Assembly: GCA_020720805.1 (NCBI GenBank)
Contig: DYNZ01000004.1
Span: forward strand, 19,103-83,102
Direction of reading: 5' to 3'
DNA: 64,000 nucleotides
Source of the DNA: Leptospira biflexa
Lineage (GTDB): Bacteria > Spirochaetota > DYNZ01
Part shown: positions 1 to 8,836 of the stretch, piece after piece
Layout: every line of letters begins with the position of its first letter
Position numbering within the stretch: the stretch's first letter is position 1
Notes under the pieces: generated by a model
The model's database searches: none
What the model saw: only the letters and a program-made list of their open reading frames with translations
What the model was told of the DNA's origin: nothing
Made by a program: the position numbers and the translations under genes

Positions 1-920
1 TATCTCTGGAGATGATGAGTAAAGCTGCCGCTATCGCTGCGGAGACAGGTGGCAAGGCTGATGTTATCCTGCTGGGCACAAAAGCGAGGGAATTTGTTCA
101 GACTTTAACTCTCTATGGCGCGAATGAGATCTTTATCTCGGAAAAAAATATTTTTGATGAATATAAACCAGAACTATTCCTGCAAACCCTGCTTGGTTTT
201 TTGAATGGTAAGAATTATAATGCCGTACTGCTTGGAGCCACATTGCAGGGGAAAGATCTTGCAGCCATGCTTGCAGCTCGCCTGGAAACGGGGTTAGCCA
301 TGGATACCATTGAAATCCGCCTGGACGGGGATCGGCTTCTTTTTAAGAGGCCAGTCTACTCTGGTAAAGCTTACGCGTTTGTAAAGATTAAATCTGATCC
401 CCAGATTGCCACCATTCGTTCCAATAATTTAGAACTGGTTGAGCTCTCTGGCAAGGGTACGGTCACTGAGCTATCCACCCCGGATGTGACAGAGCGCGTG
501 TCTGTTCTGGAAAGATTACGCCAAAAAAGCGAGAGGATTGATGCGACTGAGGCCTCTATCGTAGTGTCTGGCGGCAGGGGAATGAAGAGCATGGAGAATT
601 TCCGGATTCTGGAGGAGCTGGCAGATGTCCTTGGAGCTGGTATCGGTGCATCAAGAGCAGCTACAGATGCAGGTTGGCGTCCTCATTCAGATCAGATCGG
701 ACAGACAGGCAAGGTTGTGTCGCCAAATCTTTATATCGCTTGCGGGATTTCAGGAGCCATCCAGCACATGGCAGGATGCGGCTCGAGTAAGTACATTGTC
801 GCTGTAAACAAAGATCCTGACGCTCCTATATTCCAGGTAGCAACCTACGGAATTGTGCATGATCTCCATGAATTTGTTCCTGTGTTTACAGAAGAAGTAA
901 AGAAAGTTAGAAGCAATTAA
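1..920 (+). CDS. etfA: Electron transfer flavoprotein alpha subunit, 5'-truncated by the window edge. The frame is open to position 3 and about 15-20 N-terminal residues are missing relative to typical EtfA.
   Basis: The translation has the C-terminal FAD-binding EtfA motifs (SGGRG...GASRAAVDAG...QTGKVV...IAVGISGAIQH...NKDPDAPIF). The in-frame upstream codons carry no stop, so the gene continues beyond the window. Confidence 0.85.
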   Translation, partial: SLEMMSKAAAIAAETGGKADVILLGTKAREFVQTLTLYGANEIFISEKNIFDEYKPELFLQTLLGFLNGKNYNAVLLGATLQGKDLAAMLAARLETGLAMDTIEIRLDGDRLLFKRPVYSGKAYAFVKIKSDPQIATIRSNNLELVELSGKGTVTELSTPDVTERVSVLERLRQKSERIDATEASIVVSGGRGMKSMENFRILEELADVLGAGIGASRAATDAGWRPHSDQIGQTGKVVSPNLYIACGISGAIQHMAGCGSSKYIVAVNKDPDAPIFQVATYGIVHDLHEFVPVFTEEVKKVRSN

Positions 921-937
921 TCAGAAGGGATGGGGAT

Positions 938-2290
938 ATGAAAGGATTTAAAATCGAGAATAAGGAAATTGTTATCGCTGGTGCCTTGAGGACCCCTATT
1001 GGACAGGTAAATAAAAGCCTCTCCGGTTTCTATAGCTATCAACTGGGAAGTCAGGTTGGCGAGGCTTTACTCAAACAGTTACAAATCAGCAAAAATGAGA
1101 TTAAGGGTGTTGTTGCAGCAGAAATAGGGCAATCCTCAAAAGCGCCCAATGTCGCAAGGGTGATGTCCGTGGATATGAATTTACCTTTGCAGATTCCCGC
1201 TATAACAGTGGCTAACAACTGTGTTTCTTCGTATGAGGCAGCCGCTGAGGCAATACGCAGGATCATCTTGGGAGAAGGAGATTTACAACTTGTCATCGGG
1301 ACTGAAGCGATGAGTAAATTTCCCCTCTATCTTGATGGTGCCAGGCAGAATAGTAAATTTGCTACTCCTGATAAGATTGTAAAAAATGTAACAGAATTGG
1401 AATCATCTCCGGATGTAAAAATTGTGGATGGCATTATCGAAGGACTGACAGATCCGACTCGCAATGCAAGTATGATTGAGACTGCTGAGATTGCTGTCCA
1501 AAACTATAATTTTAACCAGGAACAGCTCGATAAAGTTGCCTATGAGAGTTATAGTAAGGCATACAAGGCGATTACCGGAGGAAAATACGATAAATATATT
1601 CATAAAATGACTATCGACGGCGAAGAGTTCTCCCAGGATGAGTACATTATGAGTAAAACCGGATTTGTGGAGAAACCAGAACGGTTTGGAAAAGCCTCAC
1701 CTGTATTTGAACATCCCACTTTGGGCGGTATGAAAGCGTTTTATGAAAAATTTGGTTCTTATATCAACAAACCCTATTCACCCGGTAGCAAAGGTGCGGT
1801 CACACTCTTCAACTCCTGCCCACAATCGGATGGTGCAGGTGCAATGATTTTTACAACAGAAGATAAGGCAAAATCACTTGGATTACCCATCCTCGCACGG
1901 GTGGTAACTTACGCTATGTATGGGGTAGATCCAGCACACATGGGTATAGGAATGGCCTACGCTGGTGCTGAAGCATTAAAAAAATCGGGGCTCCAATTAA
2001 AAGATATTGGTTTCTTTGAGATGCACGAAGCCTTTGCGGCAACGATGTTAGGCTCTGTTTATGAGATGAGTGACCAGTTAGGTATCAATATGCGCGAACG
2101 GTATGAAAAAGGTGATATCAACCGTAATGGTGGTACATTGGCTCTTGGTCATCCGCTTGGCGCAACAGGCATTCGGGTGCTGATTAACCAATTGCTAGAG
2201 TTTGATTTTGATCATGATTCTGAATTTAGCCTGGGAACGATATGTGCCGGTGGAGGTGTTGCCGGCTCTTTTATTCTGCAAAGACCTTAA
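938..2290 (+). CDS. Thiolase family protein (acetyl-CoA C-acetyltransferase-like) with an internal insertion of about 60 aa.
   Basis: N-terminal RTPIG motif, NNC active-site Cys region, HEAFA His region, C-terminal NGG.LALGHPLGATG and CAGGG motifs. At 450 aa it is longer than the typical ~390 aa. RBS GGGATGGGG lies just upstream. Confidence 0.8.
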   Translation: MKGFKIENKEIVIAGALRTPIGQVNKSLSGFYSYQLGSQVGEALLKQLQISKNEIKGVVAAEIGQSSKAPNVARVMSVDMNLPLQIPAITVANNCVSSYEAAAEAIRRIILGEGDLQLVIGTEAMSKFPLYLDGARQNSKFATPDKIVKNVTELESSPDVKIVDGIIEGLTDPTRNASMIETAEIAVQNYNFNQEQLDKVAYESYSKAYKAITGGKYDKYIHKMTIDGEEFSQDEYIMSKTGFVEKPERFGKASPVFEHPTLGGMKAFYEKFGSYINKPYSPGSKGAVTLFNSCPQSDGAGAMIFTTEDKAKSLGLPILARVVTYAMYGVDPAHMGIGMAYAGAEALKKSGLQLKDIGFFEMHEAFAATMLGSVYEMSDQLGINMRERYEKGDINRNGGTLALGHPLGATGIRVLINQLLEFDFDHDSEFSLGTICAGGGVAGSFILQRP

Positions 2291-2301
2291 TCATCTGTGT
2301 A

Positions 2302-2350
2302 AAACTGTGGTAATCATTTTTCTGAATTGGCTACCACAGTTTCGCTTTTC
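2302..2350 (+). terminator. Candidate intrinsic terminator after the thiolase gene.
   Basis: Perfect 11-bp inverted repeat aaactgtggta...taccacagttt with a 19-nt loop, followed by the T-rich run cgcttttctgattt. Confidence 0.3.
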
Positions 2351-2447
2351 TGATTTACAAAAGACTCCAATCTGGAAAGATGGAATCTTGCTTCGATGCT
2401 TTCAGATATTGATTTGAAGCAAAATTCCGAATAACAATGGATAGCAT

Positions 2448-2870
2448 ATGGCTGCAAAGAGTGATATTCCAAATAGTGTCATTGGGGAAGGCTCTGTTTT
2501 TGAGGGCAAATTCTACATCAGCGGATCTTTACGAGTCGACGGAAAGTTTGAAGGTGAGATCGAAACAGATGAAGATATGATCATTGGCGACACCGGAAAG
2601 GTAAAGACCAATATTCGAGCTAAGAGGGTGATCGTTTCAGGAACATTGATTGGCAATATTGAAGCCACAGAAGAGGTCAGATTGCTACGCAATGGGAAAG
2701 TCATGGGTAATACCACTGCTCCGATGATTCAAATTCAGGAGGGGGTGATGGCTCAGGGAGAAATAAAAATTACTGGCAATGCCGGCTTCAAGGATGATAT
2801 CAAACGAATCATTGAGCAGGATTACAGTAGTGGTCAGATTATTGATTTTGATGCGGCGAATGCCCGATAA
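2448..2870 (+). CDS. Bactofilin (DUF583 polymer-forming cytoskeletal protein), paralog 1.
   Basis: Right-handed beta-helix bactofilin repeats: VIGEGSVFEGKFYISGSLRVDGKFEGEIET...GDTGKVKTNIRAKRVIVSGTLIGNIEATEEV. Length 140 aa. Confidence 0.8.
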   Translation: MAAKSDIPNSVIGEGSVFEGKFYISGSLRVDGKFEGEIETDEDMIIGDTGKVKTNIRAKRVIVSGTLIGNIEATEEVRLLRNGKVMGNTTAPMIQIQEGVMAQGEIKITGNAGFKDDIKRIIEQDYSSGQIIDFDAANAR

Positions 2871-2972
2871 GGGCTTAGACATTTTATAAATTTTTTTATT
2901 TATTTTTGATCTTTGCGGAGACGATGATAAAAGAGATGCATCATCTCCAAAAGATACCCTTGGATTTTTAGC

Positions 2973-4259
2973 ATGATTAAAAAAAAGTATAATATTTGGG
3001 AACAATTTTTTAAGAATTTTTCTGTAACCTACATTGGCTATGGAAAGTTTTTATACTATCATCGTAATCCCCGCACAAAGAAAATTAAATATGGAAAAAT
3101 TGATTTTACCACTCCAAAAGCGAAATTGGCACTCTCCTCCTTGATTAGTCTTTCGATCGTTTCCTCTTTTCTTTTTGTGCAGTTTCGTAAAGATACGCTA
3201 ACGGCAAAACCACATAAAACGGAAAATTCTCCTAAGATATCCCATGATAAAGATTCACAAATTACCCCCTTATTATCAGCAGAGGAGCTTCACCCAGAGG
3301 AAAAAAAGACAATCACCGGACTCATTTTAGAAGAGTCGCGTAAACTTCTGGATGCCTCAAAGCCTGGGGAGGAGTCCAGGCCAGAGCCTAAGGATAAGGG
3401 CAATACTTTAGACCAGGAAAAGCTCAAATCCCTGTCAGGTAAATCTGATATTGCTACCAGTATCGACGATGAGGATACGGAAAAATTAAAACGAAGTACT
3501 TTATTATCCGATGACACTCGCTTTATTCCTGAGCAGGAAAACAAAAAGGTAAAAATTTACCAATATACTGTCAAAAAGGGCGATAGTGTTGGATCATTGG
3601 CTCGTAAGTTTGGGATTTCTGCGGATACCATCGGAGGAAGTTCCGGAAAAATCATGAATATGGATGAAATCTGGCCTGGTTTGACGCTAAGTATTCCCAG
3701 CCGCGATGGAATTCTGTACAAGATGAAAAAAGGAGAGACATTAGCTCACATCGCGAATCGTTACGGTGTAGCATTGGCAAAAATTCTTGCCGTCAACGCA
3801 TTTGATGACCCTGATAATATTCCTGTAGGCAACCTTATTTTTCTTCCTGATATCAAGCCAAGAAACCTGTTTACAGGATTTCTCTGGCCTGTTGGGGGTA
3901 GAATTACCAGTCTGTATGGTTGGCGGCGTCACCCATTTGTAAATAGTTACCATTTTCATGAAGGTCTTGACCTATCAGCTCCCTATGTAAGCGTCAGAGC
4001 AGCAAAATCTGGAAAAGTTACCTTTTCTGGTTGGATGGGATCTTATGGTATGGTTGTCATTTTATCGCATCCGAACAACTACAAGACAATGTACGCTCAT
4101 AATTCCAGACTCTATGTTCGCGTAGGACAGTATGTTCGTCAGGGGCAGGTAATTTCGCAATCCGGCAGCACTGGGCGAAGTACAGGACCACATGTGCATT
4201 TTGAGATTTGGAAAAATAATCGACCCATGAACCCACTCGCATTACTCCGTAAAAGATAG
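2973..4259 (+). CDS. LysM-domain M23 family metallo-endopeptidase (NlpD/Csd-like). It has an N-terminal TM segment and a low-complexity linker.
   Basis: Two LysM-like modules (YTVKKGDSVGSLARKFGIS and YKMKKGETLAHIANRYGVALAKILAVN). C-terminal M23 motifs HEGLDL...MYAHNS...GSTGRSTGPHVHFEI. Confidence 0.8.
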   Translation: MIKKKYNIWEQFFKNFSVTYIGYGKFLYYHRNPRTKKIKYGKIDFTTPKAKLALSSLISLSIVSSFLFVQFRKDTLTAKPHKTENSPKISHDKDSQITPLLSAEELHPEEKKTITGLILEESRKLLDASKPGEESRPEPKDKGNTLDQEKLKSLSGKSDIATSIDDEDTEKLKRSTLLSDDTRFIPEQENKKVKIYQYTVKKGDSVGSLARKFGISADTIGGSSGKIMNMDEIWPGLTLSIPSRDGILYKMKKGETLAHIANRYGVALAKILAVNAFDDPDNIPVGNLIFLPDIKPRNLFTGFLWPVGGRITSLYGWRRHPFVNSYHFHEGLDLSAPYVSVRAAKSGKVTFSGWMGSYGMVVILSHPNNYKTMYAHNSRLYVRVGQYVRQGQVISQSGSTGRSTGPHVHFEIWKNNRPMNPLALLRKR

Positions 4260-4270
4260 GAAAATTTTTT

Positions 4271-4582
4271 ATGGAGCAGTTTCCGGCAAAAACCGGCGAT
4301 TCTATCATTTCAAATCAGATCGAGATTCCGCAAGGGGAGAAAATTGCCATCACCGACCATGGATGGGAAAGCCGTGGTCTGGAATTGGTCTGTCCACAAT
4401 GTGCCGTTTCCTCCCAGGATGTACTATTGCGGCCACGCAAAAAAAGAGGAAAGGACAGAGAGGGAATTGAAAGAGAGTATATCATCGGGTATCAGCCCTT
4501 TTCGTTATGTCCTCAATGTAAAATCGAAATCTCCGGATCAGAATTTTTTTGTTTTCCTTTTCTGCTATCCGCGATCGAATAA
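4271..4582 (+). CDS. Small zinc-ribbon hypothetical protein.
   Basis: 103-aa ORF with two CPQC motifs about 40 aa apart. Weak SD (aggaaaa) upstream. Its stop lies 3 nt before the TTG start of the next gene. Confidence 0.4.
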   Translation: MEQFPAKTGDSIISNQIEIPQGEKIAITDHGWESRGLELVCPQCAVSSQDVLLRPRKKRGKDREGIEREYIIGYQPFSLCPQCKIEISGSEFFCFPFLLSAIE

Positions 4583-4585
4583 GCC

Positions 4586-5884
4586 TTGGAATTAAATCAG
4601 GAGCAAAAAAAGGTCGTCTATTCGCCGATTGGCTGGAAACGTCTGCTAGCTTGCGCCGGATCCGGAAAAACAACCGTCCTCATCCAACGGGTTTTGTACC
4701 TCATATCCCAAGGGATGAAACCCAGCCGGATATTACTTATCACATTTACCCGCAAATCTGCACGGGAGATGCGATTACGGCTGCGTAGAATGCTGCCTGA
4801 TGGTTCCGAGTATCCCTGGGCTGGTACCTTCCACTCCCTGGCATTTCAGTTATTGCGCAGTTATAACACGATAGCCGATTACTCTCTGCTAAAGGATGGG
4901 GAGGAGGAGGAACTCAAAATGAGCATCGCTTCTCTCTATCAAAATAAGTTATTGTACATCCCTTATGATCTTTTAGCGAACATTAGAAAGCAAAGCGGAC
5001 TGCCTCTTTTTGTGAAGAATATTTATGAAGATTTCTCGCAGAAATTTCATGAGACCAAACGAACGCGCAAACAGATTGGTTTCGATGATTTTTTGCCACT
5101 TCTGTTGAAAGAATGGCAAGAAAATGAAAGTTATAGAAAAGATTTTTCAAATAGATTTGATGCAATTCTAGTAGATGAGTTCCAAGATACCAATCCCGAG
5201 CAGATCGAATTTTTGCAGAAATTTTTAATGCGAAGTCACGATTTTCTTGCTGTTGGTGATGATTGGCAGGCTATATATGGATTTCGTAATGCGGATATGA
5301 CAGTGTTAACCAGGTTCGAAAAATTTTTTCCAAACAGCAAAACATTTTTTTTAACCATGAACTATCGCTCAACTCCTCAAATTATACAAACAGCGAATCG
5401 AGTTTTGGCGTTAAATCGTGAAAAGGTGAAAAAAAAGATGAAGTCTGTTCTACCTGCCGGTTCTGAGGTCCATTTTTATTTTTTTGAGAATAGGAATGAG
5501 TTGCAAAAATGGATATCGGATGCCTGGGTTATGGGAACCAAAATCAGTAAAGAAAAGAAAACAATTTTATGCAGAACAAATGTGCAGTGCAATTTTTTTC
5601 TTCCCGCAGAATCGGAGACGGTAAGTGCTATGACGATCCATCAGGCAAAAGGTTTGGAATTTGATCATGTGCTTGTGGCCGCTTTGGAAGACCATGTTTT
5701 CCCGCATAGGGATGCGGATATCGAGGAAGAACGCCGTCTGCTATTCGTGGCACTTTCCCGGGCAAAAAAAAAGCTGGAGATCGGAATTATAAAAAGCCAT
5801 TTGTCGGTAGAAAAGCAGTTTTCGCGCGAATTGGGTTACGGAATCGTTAACCCTTTTGCATACTCTGAATTTGCTGAATCATAG
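4586..5884 (+). CDS. Compact UvrD/PcrA-like superfamily-1 helicase. It is 432 aa, and the 1B/2B accessory domains appear largely absent.
   Basis: All SF1 motifs sit in compressed order: Q (LNQEQKKVV), I (AGSGKTT), Ia (TFTRKSAREM), II (VDEFQD), III (GDDWQAIYGFRNAD), IV (NYRST), V (IHQAKGLEFDHV), VI (EERRLLFVALSRAKKKL). TTG start. Confidence 0.7.
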   Translation: MELNQEQKKVVYSPIGWKRLLACAGSGKTTVLIQRVLYLISQGMKPSRILLITFTRKSAREMRLRLRRMLPDGSEYPWAGTFHSLAFQLLRSYNTIADYSLLKDGEEEELKMSIASLYQNKLLYIPYDLLANIRKQSGLPLFVKNIYEDFSQKFHETKRTRKQIGFDDFLPLLLKEWQENESYRKDFSNRFDAILVDEFQDTNPEQIEFLQKFLMRSHDFLAVGDDWQAIYGFRNADMTVLTRFEKFFPNSKTFFLTMNYRSTPQIIQTANRVLALNREKVKKKMKSVLPAGSEVHFYFFENRNELQKWISDAWVMGTKISKEKKTILCRTNVQCNFFLPAESETVSAMTIHQAKGLEFDHVLVAALEDHVFPHRDADIEEERRLLFVALSRAKKKLEIGIIKSHLSVEKQFSRELGYGIVNPFAYSEFAES

Positions 5885-7391
5885 TCTGAATCTCATCAGG
5901 ATAAATTCCCTGTTGCTGAGCCCCTTCTAATACCCGTAAAGCTTCCTGGTAATTTCCCTGGTTGGCGTACGAGACTCCGGCATATAACCAGGCATCGTGG
6001 TAGCTGGTTTTGAGGTCGATAGCTTTTTCCATCTGGGCTGCTGCCTCGTGGAGGTTACCTAAACGGTAGTTCAATAAACCAAGTTTAAAAAAGATATCAG
6101 GTTCGCCAGGAAAATGAAGAAGAACTTTTTTATAGGTCTGTAAGGCAGCTTCATTTTTCTCCAAATGGAGCAAGGTATCGCTATAAAATAATAGACTTTC
6201 TGTATCGTCTGGGTTAATGGAGATGGCTTTTTCCAGATCCTGTAAAGCTTTTGAGAAATTTTTATTTTTATACGCCTCCATACCACTATTTTTGATCGTT
6301 GCAAATTCCTCCGCACTCTGCTGCAACTGCAGTTCAGGCTCTGAGGAAAGATCTTTGTCGAGCTCTGAGGTGATATCCAGATCGTCGTTCAGGGGAAAAT
6401 TAGCCTCTTTCGTGGTGATGGCAGGTTGCATATTCGCATCCAGGTCAATTGAGTCCGCATCAATATCGAGATCAATGTCATCCTCGGTTAATTCACCGAG
6501 ATCATGGAACTCCTCTGCCTGGCCAATCGCTTCAGGATTGGCTACTTTTTTTTGCTCCGATGCAAAAACAGGGTCAGGTAGCTGCTCTCTATCATTAGAC
6601 TCCACAATTCTTTCCGAACTTTGCAGCGCTTCCAGCTCTTCCATCGCGTTTTCATAGGCATCTGCCAGGTGATCAATTTCCTCTGCTAAAATACCAAAAT
6701 CATCATTGTTATAGTAATAGGTTCTGGTGTTCCACTTGCCCATGTTAATGTCATGGAGCGTGGTAAGCAGAATTTTTACAGGAGAAACAGTGTAATGTAT
6801 AAGGATGAAGTAGAGAGCGATGGCCAGGAGAAGAAAAAGGAGAGCACCCAGGGCTATTTTTAGCCAAAAAAAAGGAGCTACCTGTGAGAAACTGCTGATA
6901 GCGTTCTGATTTTCAAAAAGGATTCCAAGGATCCAATGCTTGTCATGGCTGGCACCTGAAATCGAGAGATAAATACGGCTCGAATAGCTGGCAGTTAAAG
7001 AGCTGTAACCTTTTGCGGCAATCTCAGATTGGAGCTGCTTCCAGAATAGGGCATTTTTATCATTCTTGAAATTTTCAGGAAGAGTCATCTGGCCAGATTG
7101 GGCTGCAAGGTCACCCTTCTGGTCAAAAATGATAAAATCATAAACTCCGAGTTTTAGGAGTACCTTTTTTAACTCTTCCTGTCTATCAGGAGAAATCGCG
7201 TTATTTTTCCAAAGCCCCTCTTTTTTGAGTATTGGTCGAATTCTATCCTGAACAATGTGCGGAAGTGATTCCGAATACAGCGCAGCGTATGCCTGAAGAG
7301 AATTTTTACGAATGCTCATACCAATGAGAATAAAAGTAGTCATTAGGATTATGGCAAAAATAAGATGAAAAAGGAACAATTTCGATTTCAT
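5847..7391 (-). CDS. Membrane-anchored sensor-like protein with a C-terminal TPR array. Architecture is TM1, periplasmic-like domain, TM2, HAMP-like helix, acidic low-complexity linker, then TPR repeats.
   Basis: Two hydrophobic segments (aa ~8-27 and ~180-200). A HAMP-like segment VSPVKILLTTLHDINMGKW...GILAEEIDHLADAYENAMEEL. A D/E-rich linker. C-terminal TPR-like repeats (ALQDLEKAISINPDD..., YKKVLLHFPGEPD..., AQMEKAIDLKTSYHDAW...). Confidence 0.65.
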   Translation of the reverse strand: MKSKLFLFHLIFAIILMTTFILIGMSIRKNSLQAYAALYSESLPHIVQDRIRPILKKEGLWKNNAISPDRQEELKKVLLKLGVYDFIIFDQKGDLAAQSGQMTLPENFKNDKNALFWKQLQSEIAAKGYSSLTASYSSRIYLSISGASHDKHWILGILFENQNAISSFSQVAPFFWLKIALGALLFLLLAIALYFILIHYTVSPVKILLTTLHDINMGKWNTRTYYYNNDDFGILAEEIDHLADAYENAMEELEALQSSERIVESNDREQLPDPVFASEQKKVANPEAIGQAEEFHDLGELTEDDIDLDIDADSIDLDANMQPAITTKEANFPLNDDLDITSELDKDLSSEPELQLQQSAEEFATIKNSGMEAYKNKNFSKALQDLEKAISINPDDTESLLFYSDTLLHLEKNEAALQTYKKVLLHFPGEPDIFFKLGLLNYRLGNLHEAAAQMEKAIDLKTSYHDAWLYAGVSYANQGNYQEALRVLEGAQQQGIYPDEIQTMIQQIQSMQKG

Positions 7392-7605
7392 GCAAGTTTG
7401 TCCATCTTAAAATACTTCCAAGCGTATGCTACGCTATATAACTATCGGATTTGCGCAAGGTAAAAACAAACCGCAAATAGGAATTATGATGCAGGCTAAA
7501 TGCAAAAGTGGAGGAATAATTAAAACAAGGGAATGTTCTTTGATTGACAAATAGAGCGATTGAAAAACAATTTCCAAGTAATGAGTTCATCGTTGGAGGC
7601 GGAAA

Positions 7606-7947
7606 GTGGCTCTGGATTCAAAAAAAAAGGGAAATGTTGTTATTGTTTACCTGAAGGGCAGGCTTGACGTTCATCTATCTGCTGATGTTGAAAGTGACTT
7701 AAATGTGCTGATTGAGAAGGAAAAGGGTTCGAATTTTCTTTTAAATCTAACAGATGTGGAATATATGAGTTCCAGTGGATTGCGTATTTTTGTGGCAACT
7801 ATGAGGATTTTGAAAGAGCATGGACGGCAGTTAAAGCTTTGTTCATTGAATAGCGCTGTCAAAAAGATTTTCGAAGTTGTAGAATTGATGGATATGTTTG
7901 ATGTAGAGGAAACGGAAGAGGCTGCGCTCAAATCTTTTGGGGTTTAG
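7606..7947 (+). CDS. STAS-domain anti-sigma factor antagonist (SpoIIAA/RsbV-like).
   Basis: 113 aa. Conserved phosphorylatable region LTDVEYMSSSGLRIFV. GTG start with GGAGG 7 nt upstream. Confidence 0.75.
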   Translation: MALDSKKKGNVVIVYLKGRLDVHLSADVESDLNVLIEKEKGSNFLLNLTDVEYMSSSGLRIFVATMRILKEHGRQLKLCSLNSAVKKIFEVVELMDMFDVEETEEAALKSFGV

Positions 7948-7996
7948 ATCAATAGCTGGGGCATTGCGTCCGCAATAGCCCCATCGTGATTTCATT

Positions 7997-8722
7997 TTAC
8001 CAGTTGTCGGATTGCCTATCGGTATACTTTGTTCTGACAATCGCTGTTACATCATCTAGATAAACATAACTCCACTGGTCATTCGTTGTAATGTTTCCTG
8101 GATTGAAAACAAAGGAGACAATTCTTAATTTGCTCTTTTGATTGAGAAAATGGTCTTGTTGTTTAACATGTGAGGGAATTTTAATCGATAATTTACGCCA
8201 GCCGCGAAAATTCAATTGACCGAATGTCAGATAATGGGTGTTATCATCGCTATCTTTTACAATAATCGATAGGCGGCCTGAAAACCCTTTTCCGTACGCC
8301 CAGAGATTCAAACCATAGCAAAATTCATCGATTATAATTGGTTTTATGGGGTAAATGGCCACAGCATCCTCTTTTTTGCCGAAAACCTTAATACCCAGAT
8401 ATTTTTTTGAATCCTTAATCGGGGCTGGATAGTCAGAACGGATTTTGATGTAGGCTTGTTTGTGGCCTTCAAAACGAAAATTTACCTGGTTTGCACCATA
8501 ATCCCCCGATTCAAAGTCCTCCAGGGGCATTTCCAGGTAAATTTTACGGTCTGCTTCCCCTTTTAGATCGAGAGGGGTAAAATTTTCCTCTTTAAATAAT
8601 ACATTTTCGTCGGTTTTTCCGGTTGAACTTTTCGTTGTTTCTGTATTCTGGCCAAATCCTGTTTCCAAAATGGAGAGGGTGAGTACCAATGCAGCGCCCA
8701 GGAAGAGAGCAGTTTTTTTCAT
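7997..8722 (-). CDS. Secreted protein with an N-terminal signal peptide. Its C-terminal region resembles spirochaetal flagellar filament outer-layer (FlaA) family proteins.
   Basis: Signal peptide MKKTALFLGAALVLTLSILETGFG. By recall, the segments GLNLWAYGKGFSGRLSIIVKDSDDNTHYLTFGQLNFRGWRKLSIKIP and KLRIVSFVFNPGN...YVYLDDVTAIV resemble the FlaA motifs LDFDGWRELVWENP and IIRFVGFQI...DFVTYFKDVKLIY. No search was run. Confidence 0.5.
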   Translation of the reverse strand: MKKTALFLGAALVLTLSILETGFGQNTETTKSSTGKTDENVLFKEENFTPLDLKGEADRKIYLEMPLEDFESGDYGANQVNFRFEGHKQAYIKIRSDYPAPIKDSKKYLGIKVFGKKEDAVAIYPIKPIIIDEFCYGLNLWAYGKGFSGRLSIIVKDSDDNTHYLTFGQLNFRGWRKLSIKIPSHVKQQDHFLNQKSKLRIVSFVFNPGNITTNDQWSYVYLDDVTAIVRTKYTDRQSDNW

Positions 8723-8836
8723 GGTTGCAATCCTTGCTTACAATTTTGTTTTGCCTGATAATTTTAGAAAAAGCTATCTTATGTATTATCATCGTTTTCC
8801 TGATTTCAGGAAATCAAGTGAACCGGAAAAAATTCA

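Noticed and set aside
4344-4595. Alternative-frame 83-aa ORF overlapping the zinc-ribbon ORF.
   Set aside because: The 4271-4582 frame carries paired CPQC motifs and is tightly coupled to the downstream helicase. The overlapping frame has no features.
4586-5884. Possible Gabija-like (GajB) defense helicase.
   Set aside because: No GajA-like OLD/TOPRIM ATPase and no other defense partner is adjacent. The gene is embedded in a housekeeping/shape-gene context. Only the compact size is reminiscent of GajB.
6217-6657. 146-aa Ser-rich + strand ORF.
   Set aside because: It lies antisense within the acidic low-complexity linker of the TM-HAMP-TPR gene. The D/E-rich codons read as S-rich on the opposite strand, which is a compositional artefact.
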